Assembly (NCBI GenBank): GCA_015494725.1
Contig: WGAR01000003.1
Span: 1 to 54,697, forward strand
Length of the DNA stretch: 54,697 nt
Origin: Thermodesulfobacteriaceae bacterium
GTDB lineage: Bacteria > Desulfobacterota > Thermodesulfobacteria > Thermodesulfobacteriales > Thermodesulfobacteriaceae
Direction: 5' to 3'
Shown: in pieces, positions 47,074 through 54,697 of the stretch
Numbering within the stretch: position 1 is the first letter of the stretch
Layout: each line of letters opens with the position of its first letter
Made by a program: the position numbers and the translations under genes
The notes under the pieces: generated by a model
What the model saw: the letters and a program-made list of their open reading frames with translations, nothing else
Told to the model about the DNA's origin: nothing
Database searches by the model: none

Positions 47074-48408
47074 ATGAGGTCCCGGCTGGCTCTTCTCCTG
47101 AACTTCTGGGGTAAGAACCCGGGGAATGTTTTCCGCCGGGGCCAGGCGCCGTTCATGAGGGCGCAGGTTCCGGATATGGGTATCTTCCGTATCCTCCATG
47201 GTTATGTTGCGAAAATCCGGAGACTGGCAGCGTAGGACGAGCTTGACTTCCGCGGGAACCAGATCCCGATTGTCGATGATCCGGCACCTCTGTTCCTGGA
47301 GCTCCTCCTCCCGGCAAATCCCCGGGACCCTCCACCGATACACATAATAACCCCCGAACTCCTGCGGAATGGCATCTAGCATTTGACCGTAGATGAAGGT
47401 CCAGCTGGCTTTTCCCGGAATCTGATAGTAAAGTTCCGCCCGCGGCTGGCAGCGATTCTCCCAGACCCGTTCCTCAAGCCCGCGCGGTAGGACTTTCCAG
47501 CTCAACTTAGAGGTTCTCCCCTCCACCATCTCTCTGGGCACGCTGAAAGTGAGGTCCACATCATCTATCCGTTGCACATTAACCGGACACCGGAAAACAT
47601 TGTTTCGGGTGTTTACCTCCTGATAACCGGAAAGGACGCGGGCTTCGACCAGCAGCTGGTAGTTTCCCTTGGAGGTTTCCGTCGGCACTCTGGCGGTGAG
47701 ATTCAGGTTCTGGGACGCGGAAACCTCGGTCCCTCCCAGACGGATCTTTCTCCCGCTCCGCTCAAGAAACATCTCCACCGCGACCGGAGCCTGAGGATCC
47801 ACCTGAAAATTTTTTTCAACCTTAGCCTCAACGCGTACCTCCTCTCCTGCCATCACCCTTGCCGAAGGACAGGAGATCTTTGAAAGGGCCACATCGTTAC
47901 AGGTATAGGAAAAGGTAATCAGGTTGTTATTCACCTCAAAACTCTCAACCAGATGTCCGTCTTCAAATTTTCCTTCGGTGACCTGATTGAGGGGGTCCAC
48001 TTTGAGTTTGAATTCGGCACTTTCCCCGCTTCTGAGATAGGGCGTATTGATGGCATATTCCAGACAATTCGCCCCTCGGAGACTCGTCCTCTGAGGGTCG
48101 ATCTCGGAGATGGTTATCTCTTCCACCCTCCTTCCGTTCTTGAAGACCCAGAAGAGCGGAGTGTTCCTCTCCCATAGGGACTCGTTCCAGTAGGGCTGGT
48201 AATTTCCCACCAGAAGGGGCCGGAAGGAGAGTTTCAGGTAGCAGGAGCGTTGATCCGCCCGCGAGATATAAAGCTGCGGCCAGAGGTTAAAGACTCCTCC
48301 ACAACCTATAATATCCACATAGGTCGTCTCCGCCCGCACCGAGGAAAGTATGAAAACCACCGCTCCTAGCCCGAAAAGCCAATTTTTAAAGTTTTTGAAT
48401 TTTCTCAT
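47047..48408 (-). CDS. Secreted modular protein with CARDB/Ig-like domains
   Basis: Signal peptide; VDPLNQVTE...NN and EVNTRNN motifs; N-terminal domain paralogous to 48444-49889. Confidence 0.75.
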   Translation of the reverse strand: MRKFKNFKNWLFGLGAVVFILSSVRAETTYVDIIGCGGVFNLWPQLYISRADQRSCYLKLSFRPLLVGNYQPYWNESLWERNTPLFWVFKNGRRVEEITISEIDPQRTSLRGANCLEYAINTPYLRSGESAEFKLKVDPLNQVTEGKFEDGHLVESFEVNNNLITFSYTCNDVALSKISCPSARVMAGEEVRVEAKVEKNFQVDPQAPVAVEMFLERSGRKIRLGGTEVSASQNLNLTARVPTETSKGNYQLLVEARVLSGYQEVNTRNNVFRCPVNVQRIDDVDLTFSVPREMVEGRTSKLSWKVLPRGLEERVWENRCQPRAELYYQIPGKASWTFIYGQMLDAIPQEFGGYYVYRWRVPGICREEELQEQRCRIIDNRDLVPAEVKLVLRCQSPDFRNITMEDTEDTHIRNLRPHERRLAPAENIPRVLTPEVQEKSQPGPHLNRRPPRR

Positions 48409-48443
48409 TTTTTCCTCCCTTTAGGAGTATTCAAAAACAAGAA

Positions 48444-49889
48444 TCAATGTATTTTTAGAAATGTTTTGGGTTTAGCACTATTTGGCTCCTTTCCACTCTG
48501 GCGGCAAATCCATCGGAGGGTAGCGGAGTTATTAGCTCCATTGCTTTCTATAAAACTCCTTTGGGGGTTGAGAGTCACCGTTACTTGAGATCCAGGAGTA
48601 AAAGATGCTTGCCCCCTAGTTGGCCAAATAAAAGTCACCTCTCCTCTGGTTTTTAACTCTTTACGAGGGTCTACTTGAGAAAGGGTGAAGTTCCAAAGTT
48701 TAAGGGTACTTCTATCTTTAATAGTTAAAAATATAGCATTTCGAACATAATCTTCGTCTTTAAGAGGTTTCCCTTTATTTGCAATCTTCACTGTGAGCTT
48801 ACATTTCGGTGTAATGAGAACTTCTCTTAATACGAAATCAAAAGATGCGGCTTCTATTATTCGCTCGACTTTCTGCATCCCGGGCTTAAAAGGTATCCGT
48901 CTTTCGGGTGTCATCTCCTTACTAAGGTGTTGAGCGGTAGATTGGATCCTTAATAGACAATAGGCCTTATTGTTGTCTGGATTTGCGTCAGATATTCCTC
49001 TATAAAGTTCGGCCTTTATTATCAAGTAATAATTTCCAGGCTTAATGTTTGAAGGTATTTTTCCTTTTAAAGTTACTAACTTTTTTTCTGCAAAAGCAAA
49101 ATCTAACACCTCGTAATCCAGATATGGTTCTCTGATTCTGTTATATTTATCCTTACTTAATTTAGCCCAAACTATTATTCTTCTCTTTTGAGGATTGAAT
49201 GCTCTGTAAGTTCCTCCCGGTCCAGTATAGTAGTTTTCGATATAATAATTTTCTACCACAGTATTCACTGTAATTTCTGAACCAGGCCATACCATTGAAG
49301 ACGGACAATTGTTTACAGTTAATTTAATATCATTACATCCTAATCTAAAAGTTTTTTCATTGTTGCTTTCGTAGTCTGCAATTTGGGTTCCATCAACCCT
49401 GAATCTTCCTTCACGCACTACGTTTCTTGGGTCCATAACTACTCTGAAAGTTGCATATTCTCCGGGATTTAAGGCAGCTGGGAGTGAAGAATGGTAATGT
49501 CTGTCGCTGTATCGGTAACATGGCTTCAACTGGGAAGAACAGTTAGGTAACTCACGAAACATTTCGTCACAGGAATCAAGGGTCAATGATCGAAGGTCTA
49601 TCTGTTCTACCAGAGTTCCATTTTTGTATACAGCCAAAATGGGGATGCGATTCTCGCAAATCTCCCTATTCCAATAAGGAGAGACATTACGAGTTGTATC
49701 AACTTCTATCCGATAATATATTCGGGGCACACATTGTCGAGAATAAACAGGATCCCATTCGAGATCTTCCACTTCCAGATCTATCGTACTATCTAGAAAA
49801 CCAGCTAAAGCTGAACTTTTAAACAACAAGGAAAAGCTAAAAACAAAAACTGTTACCAACACCCATAACATAATCTCTCTTATCCTCAT
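48444..49889 (-). CDS. Secreted modular protein with CARDB/Ig-like domains (AT-rich)
   Basis: Signal peptide; MDPRNVVRE..ESNN, DANPDNN, IESNGANN; GGAGG SD. Confidence 0.78.
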   Translation of the reverse strand: MRIREIMLWVLVTVFVFSFSLLFKSSALAGFLDSTIDLEVEDLEWDPVYSRQCVPRIYYRIEVDTTRNVSPYWNREICENRIPILAVYKNGTLVEQIDLRSLTLDSCDEMFRELPNCSSQLKPCYRYSDRHYHSSLPAALNPGEYATFRVVMDPRNVVREGRFRVDGTQIADYESNNEKTFRLGCNDIKLTVNNCPSSMVWPGSEITVNTVVENYYIENYYTGPGGTYRAFNPQKRRIIVWAKLSKDKYNRIREPYLDYEVLDFAFAEKKLVTLKGKIPSNIKPGNYYLIIKAELYRGISDANPDNNKAYCLLRIQSTAQHLSKEMTPERRIPFKPGMQKVERIIEAASFDFVLREVLITPKCKLTVKIANKGKPLKDEDYVRNAIFLTIKDRSTLKLWNFTLSQVDPRKELKTRGEVTFIWPTRGQASFTPGSQVTVTLNPQRSFIESNGANNSATLRWICRQSGKEPNSAKPKTFLKIH

Positions 49890-49930
49890 GATTGCACCTC
49901 CTCATTTTAAAACTTTAAAGTTCAACTCTT

Positions 49931-52900
49931 TTACTTTATTCTAAAGAAAACAATATCTTCAAACCTGGTTCGTGAGTCGAATCTAGTGCGTGGTTTATTC
50001 CATATGATTTTAAGCTGGGTATCCTTTTGGTAAGCTTCTATAGTTGGCGCTACCCAGTTGTAAAAGCCATTAGAAGCAGGAATATCATCTGCAATCAGAA
50101 TCCACTCCTGCCATAGAGCTCCGGGCCTAATACGATAATAAAGGCTTACCGTTCCACCTCTTTCGTTTTCCGGAGCCCGAAGATCCCATACGATCTGAAC
50201 CGGACCAGCCAGAATATCATCGGTAGGATTTATGATTTTGATTCCTATCTCAGATACCCCTTGAAACTCACTGATACCTTTCAAAAAAGGAAAAGATCCG
50301 GGTTTGATGATCTTTATATATCTGCACGAAGTTACAAATTCATGGGTAGGGGTCCAGAGGTAGCTACCTGTATCGGGCATTGGTCCCACGATACGGCGCC
50401 CAGAACCAGGGATAGAATCAGTACCGCACAAGATCTCTACTTGACCGCTTTTGTCTGTAGAAAGCCATGTTATCAGATAAGGACGGCCAACATAGAGTCT
50501 TTCTCCTAACTTAGGATGAAGGATAACTAAATTCTTAAAAGCATATTCTTTCGTCGCTGAATCTATAACTGTTCCCCTACTATTTATCCAATCTAACTTG
50601 AATTTGACTTTATTCCCAACATAAGTTTCAGCAAGATCTTTGAGCGAAAAGCTTAACTTATCACTACCAACAAGCGGACGATCTTTTCCAGACATGCGGT
50701 TTAACTCCAGCCAAGAATGGCTTACGGGATCAAAGTAATAAAGTACAAAAGTGCCAATTGTTATCAACTTTGAAGTGTTAAAGACCAGAATATATTCGTC
50801 AGGAGTTAAATATTGAACATCTCCTCCTAAAGGTGTAGTTATTCGTTCTATCTTGACTTCAAGAGGTTTAGCCTCCTGTTCTGATATATCGTCATAAATT
50901 ACAATTTTCTTAGGAACAGAAAATGTATATCCACAAAATTCTATCTTAAAAGTAATCTCTGTCATTCCTGGTCCTATAAGATTAAGAGCTAGTGTAAGAT
51001 CCGGAAAATAAATTTCGTTTCTATTAATAATAAAATTATCCCCCAAAACAGCCCAATCCATATCTACTTCTATGTCCTCTTCATTTTTCGGAAGGTATTT
51101 AGCTTCAGTAATTAACTTAGTAGTGTTCCTTATGGCTTCTCTTAAAGAGCTATATCTGTTTCTATCGTAATTACATACATCTTGAATATAACTACCATCT
51201 TCTGTTCTAAAATTAAGCTCAAGTCCTGTAAAAATAAAACCTGAATACTCTTTCCCTGGAACATTTTCTTCTGCCTTTAGAACTCCAGGACTCATAAGAT
51301 TTTCGTTTTGCCACCTAAACTCCATCACAAAGGGATTGAGGATGAATGCAGATTGCTCTAGGGTACCTTCTGCTTCCCCAAATTCAAATTTTTCAGGATT
51401 GTACCAATTAAGCGTAAAAATACCGGTTCTATAAGTAGCAACTGTTAAATTATTTCTATCTCTTATGGTTAATACAACCTGATATCTTCTACCAGAAGGA
51501 GGGGGGTCTTTGTAAAAATAGTTTATCATATCTCGTTCGTTGAAAGGCAAAAAATCTTCCGGTAAAACAGTAAAGATTTCAATTCCGTCATCAATTCCTA
51601 CTAACTTGTAGGAAAACTTGTAAGATTCGTACCCTGGAGTATGACGATTAGGCCAATTACACCCTCTTACTACTAAATAATTCCAATCGTGTCCATTTTC
51701 AGAAATCTCCAACTGTCCCCAATTTCTTTCTGAGTGTTTATAATAATAAGCTTTACCTTGTTGAGGGCAAAATTCCCTGGAGACTCTTTGTGCAAATATT
51801 TCGCTTCCGGAAACTATTTCTTTAACCTTTTCGGTCTTACTTAATGGAAAACCTTTCAAAACGTTTGAAGTAGGAGGAGTGCTCATGTGCTGTAACTCTC
51901 TTTTATCTCCTAATTTTGAAAATTTTTTTGCTTTTTCTGGCAGAATGTTTAATTTTTTAGAAGATAGCCTCCGTTCAAGCCCCGGTGTCCTTTCTGGCAA
52001 TGGTTTTCCCTGAACGGTTTTTTCTAATTCTTTCGGTCTGGGAAAACCACCAGTGGATGGTTTTCTCGTTCCCGGCTTTCGGGGTCTGCTAAGACACTGC
52101 TGAGGAAGAATCAAGTCTTGGGTTAGCTTTTTCTGCCCCTCTTGGCTAAGATCATGCCTGAGATTCACAAGCTCCGCGGTAACATGGTAAATCTCTGAAG
52201 CGCCCAATGAAATGCCGGTGTTGAAATCCACGCTCATACCAGGTCTCTTCAGGACCCTATGTGTATCAACCTGTGAGAGGGCAAAGGTATGAGTCCTGCC
52301 TCCACCCTTTGGAACCCTCCAGTGGAGTTTCACTCGGAGTTCTCCATTCCGGTAATCCTCATCCGTCACCCCTGCAGAACCCCTGTTTTTCACCAACACC
52401 TGCACCTTACAGTCCCGGAGATACACCCTCTCAATGGATAGGTCGGATGCCCTCCCTGGCAGAGGAGTAAGGGAGAGACCCTTCAGGCCCTTCCCCTGAG
52501 GATAGGTCCCCTTACCAGCAGGGGACCTGACTGCCGCGCCCCTGAGGGTTCCAGAGGAGGTCTTAGACAGGCATCTTTCAGGAACGGATAAAACCTGTCT
52601 GAGCTCCTTCCTCCCCTTACCACGGTCATCCTTAAGACGCTCAAGTTTTGCCCTTATAGTGAGATTCGGGTGTCTCCCCCAGACCCTCGTGTTGAATTCG
52701 ACCCAGCCACCGGGCCTTCCCAGCGCCCCTTTCGGATCAACCTGCTTCAGGGTGAAAACACGAGGTTCAAGCCCCGCGGAGGTGCCTGTCTGCCACTGAA
52801 GGGTCAGGGAGAGTCTTCCGTTGTTGTAATCCCTTAAAGAAAGCCCTGCCTTGCCCCTGTTTGCCACCGTGATGTAAACCTGACATCCTCTCACATATAT

Positions 52901-53119
52901 CCGCTCAATGGAGAGGTCGGAGGTCACCTTCTGGGGTTTTGTCGGGAGTTTTCTCTCTTTTACGGCAGGGGTAGGGGGTGAAACTGTTTGTAAGTCTTTT
53001 GAGCGTGGGTTTAGAGGGCCCGGGGCTTTGAAAGTCTGGCTCACGGCCTGCGCTGCAACAACCAAAAGGAGAAACACTCCCCACCCAAACCCTCTTTTTA
53101 GAAGACTATTTCTCCTCAT
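49931..53119 (-). CDS. Large secreted mosaic protein: two N-terminal repeat modules, AT-rich middle, C-terminal Ig-like modules
   Basis: Signal peptide; SDLSIER...QVD...FNT repeated twice; C-terminal P..GE....G..Y.ITW...G.Y.W-type modules; GGAGG SD. Confidence 0.8.
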   Translation of the reverse strand: MRRNSLLKRGFGWGVFLLLVVAAQAVSQTFKAPGPLNPRSKDLQTVSPPTPAVKERKLPTKPQKVTSDLSIERIYVRGCQVYITVANRGKAGLSLRDYNNGRLSLTLQWQTGTSAGLEPRVFTLKQVDPKGALGRPGGWVEFNTRVWGRHPNLTIRAKLERLKDDRGKGRKELRQVLSVPERCLSKTSSGTLRGAAVRSPAGKGTYPQGKGLKGLSLTPLPGRASDLSIERVYLRDCKVQVLVKNRGSAGVTDEDYRNGELRVKLHWRVPKGGGRTHTFALSQVDTHRVLKRPGMSVDFNTGISLGASEIYHVTAELVNLRHDLSQEGQKKLTQDLILPQQCLSRPRKPGTRKPSTGGFPRPKELEKTVQGKPLPERTPGLERRLSSKKLNILPEKAKKFSKLGDKRELQHMSTPPTSNVLKGFPLSKTEKVKEIVSGSEIFAQRVSREFCPQQGKAYYYKHSERNWGQLEISENGHDWNYLVVRGCNWPNRHTPGYESYKFSYKLVGIDDGIEIFTVLPEDFLPFNERDMINYFYKDPPPSGRRYQVVLTIRDRNNLTVATYRTGIFTLNWYNPEKFEFGEAEGTLEQSAFILNPFVMEFRWQNENLMSPGVLKAEENVPGKEYSGFIFTGLELNFRTEDGSYIQDVCNYDRNRYSSLREAIRNTTKLITEAKYLPKNEEDIEVDMDWAVLGDNFIINRNEIYFPDLTLALNLIGPGMTEITFKIEFCGYTFSVPKKIVIYDDISEQEAKPLEVKIERITTPLGGDVQYLTPDEYILVFNTSKLITIGTFVLYYFDPVSHSWLELNRMSGKDRPLVGSDKLSFSLKDLAETYVGNKVKFKLDWINSRGTVIDSATKEYAFKNLVILHPKLGERLYVGRPYLITWLSTDKSGQVEILCGTDSIPGSGRRIVGPMPDTGSYLWTPTHEFVTSCRYIKIIKPGSFPFLKGISEFQGVSEIGIKIINPTDDILAGPVQIVWDLRAPENERGGTVSLYYRIRPGALWQEWILIADDIPASNGFYNWVAPTIEAYQKDTQLKIIWNKPRTRFDSRTRFEDIVFFRIK

Positions 53120-53266
53120 TTTGGCCTCCTGAGGATGAATTCTATGTTTTTAGTTCTTTTTTCCTGTCTATAGGTTCAATCCTGTGATAGCTGGGAAGCT
53201 ACAAGAGGGTCAGCTAAATAACCCCGTCTGAAGCATTACTGCCAAGTTCACGTTTTCTATTAAGAA

Positions 53267-54133
53267 TTACGGAACCACATATCTCCATACCCTCCGGACA
53301 TTTGTTCTCCCGGAGGAAGTCCTTTCATCAATGTAAGTCACCTCACAGGACACCCCCTGAGTCCAGACAAATGGCTGAACTTTTGAAAATACTCCGGGAT
53401 TGGTAGTCTCTTCTGTAAAAGTGACCTGTCCACTGAAAGCAGGATGGCTGGTTTTCACAAAGGCATTAATGGTTGCTGCACCTGCCTTGTCCAGATCGGT
53501 AATGGTTATTTTTATGTAACCTGTGCCTGCTTGGGAAAAATCTGCTGTAGCGTCGTATCCCCTTGATGATACAGAACAAGGAGATAAGGATATCTTTTTT
53601 GAGTCAGTAAGGGTTACACCCGTAAATATTTCCATTGCCATGTCTATATTTCCTCTTACCCGAGGACTTACATAGGCAACCTTTCTGATGGAAATTCTGC
53701 GTGTCTTTTTGTCAATTTTGACCTCTAATACATCGCCATCTAATCTTACCTTACAAAAAGTGGTTTTAGGTCCGCAAAAACTCCTAATTGCTTGGGTAAG
53801 GTTTATCTTCTTTGTGAACTTTTCAATATTGCTGTGCCAGTAAAACTTTAAGGTTAAATCTTCACAGGTCGCAGTCTTTGTTATTCCTTTGCCTGTGCAT
53901 TCAAAGATGGCATTGATTTCAATAGGTATATCTCTTGTGGAGGGAACAGTATAACATTGAGGTTTAGTCCAGAATCTTGTTATCTTCCATATACCCTTCT
54001 CAGTTGACAAATAAGGATTAAAAGGCTTAAGCGGTATTGTCTTTTTTTGAGCAGAGATATTTTCCGGTGCTAAAAACATAGCGAACACAAACGTCAAAAC
54101 TAAAACCAATAAGGAAAGGTCCTTTCTCAACAT
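53267..54133 (-). CDS. Secreted hypothetical protein with C-terminal beta-rich surface-protein-like module
   Basis: Signal peptide; ITITDLD...FTEETTNPGVF...VTYID; GGAGG SD. Confidence 0.75.
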   Translation of the reverse strand: MLRKDLSLLVLVLTFVFAMFLAPENISAQKKTIPLKPFNPYLSTEKGIWKITRFWTKPQCYTVPSTRDIPIEINAIFECTGKGITKTATCEDLTLKFYWHSNIEKFTKKINLTQAIRSFCGPKTTFCKVRLDGDVLEVKIDKKTRRISIRKVAYVSPRVRGNIDMAMEIFTGVTLTDSKKISLSPCSVSSRGYDATADFSQAGTGYIKITITDLDKAGAATINAFVKTSHPAFSGQVTFTEETTNPGVFSKVQPFVWTQGVSCEVTYIDERTSSGRTNVRRVWRYVVP

Positions 54134-54163
54134 GTAGCACCTCCTGCAATATTTTTATGAGGT

Positions 54164-54697
54164 CTAAAAGTCGTAATATACATACCTCCAGTTATCGTTC
54201 TCGTTCTTCTCTTTTATGACATCCCACCAGTCGAGAAAGACCTCCACGGCCACATGCTCCCTTCCGCCCAGACGCCTCACCTCCGAGGCACTGAGGGTAA
54301 ATTCTACGGGGCCCCGTTCTGCCTGAAGGTCCCTCCGGTAAATTATCTCTCCGCCGGGCTTGGTAAGTCTTAGACGAACCGTGTGAGACCTAAGGCACCA
54401 GTCCGGGCCATCGTAGCCGATGATTGACCTCACCTTCACCTCATCCCCCCTTCGGGTGATCCTTAGGGCCCGTCTTCCCGCAAAATAAAGATTGGGTCGG
54501 GGATCAATGGTGAGATCAAAGTGCCTGCCCCGGGAGTTGTTAGAGAGATTATCGTCTGTCCAGGCACCCTGAGGTTTCAGTTTCGCCCCCACGGTGAAGG
54601 AGGTGTCCTGCAGACATATCCCCAGGTCGCCTCCTAAGGAAATAGGCATTACCCCATTGACCGGGATGGCAACCCTGGGATGGTATTCCTTTGGATA
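54164..54697 (-). CDS. CARDB-like domain protein, 5' end outside window
   Basis: Frame stays open upstream of ATG 54649 to the window edge; DDNLSNN and DWWDVIKEKNENDN motifs. Confidence 0.7.
   Translation of the reverse strand, partial: YPKEYHPRVAIPVNGVMPISLGGDLGICLQDTSFTVGAKLKPQGAWTDDNLSNNSRGRHFDLTIDPRPNLYFAGRRALRITRRGDEVKVRSIIGYDGPDWCLRSHTVRLRLTKPGGEIIYRRDLQAERGPVEFTLSASEVRRLGGREHVAVEVFLDWWDVIKEKNENDNWRYVYYDF

Noticed and set aside
47047-54697. Diversity-generating retroelement or prophage explaining the variable secreted genes
   Set aside because: No reverse transcriptase, TR/VR pair, integrase or phage genes visible in the window

Overview
Mostly GC-rich chromosomal window of an anaerobic autotrophic bacterium. 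A thermophilic Thermodesulfobacteria/Desulfobacterota-like organism is my inference from gene content and protein composition. Left third: housekeeping genes (TPR protein, sensor-less sigma-54 activator, nadC, thi4, ppaC, hflX, der, RACo-like ASKHA protein, archease, comEC, yggS, nadB, apgM, slyD), then a respiratory island (NapC/NirT-type multiheme cytochrome; NrfD-NrfC-triheme c operon) and a 59-aa membrane protein missed by the ORF track. Centre (22.9-45.1 kb, minus strand): a near-complete Wood-Ljungdahl cluster, fhs | folD-cooS-hdrA-mvhD-hdrC-like-mvhD2-metV-[metF::acsD fusion]-acsB-acsC-[MNT-HEPN]-acsE-fdh. Three genes that look split in the ORF track (hdrA, mvhD, fdh) are selenoproteins, each with an in-frame UGA at a conserved Cys/Sec site and a SECIS-like hairpin. 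Other notable points: MetF is joined to AcsD by a PEVK-rich linker with a central amphipathic helix; a HEPN/MNT toxin-antitoxin pair sits between acsC and acsE, flanked by two AAGGAGG copies; HdrB is absent; and an identical sigma-54-type 15-mer lies upstream of folD and of the TPR gene. Right end: a VKOR-thioredoxin protein, a MesB-like core methionine synthase and an array of at least five putative secreted Ig/CARDB-like proteins with shuffled shared modules and patchy GC. No rRNA, tRNA, CRISPR array or transposase was recognised. All calls come from reading motifs by eye; no database searches were run.
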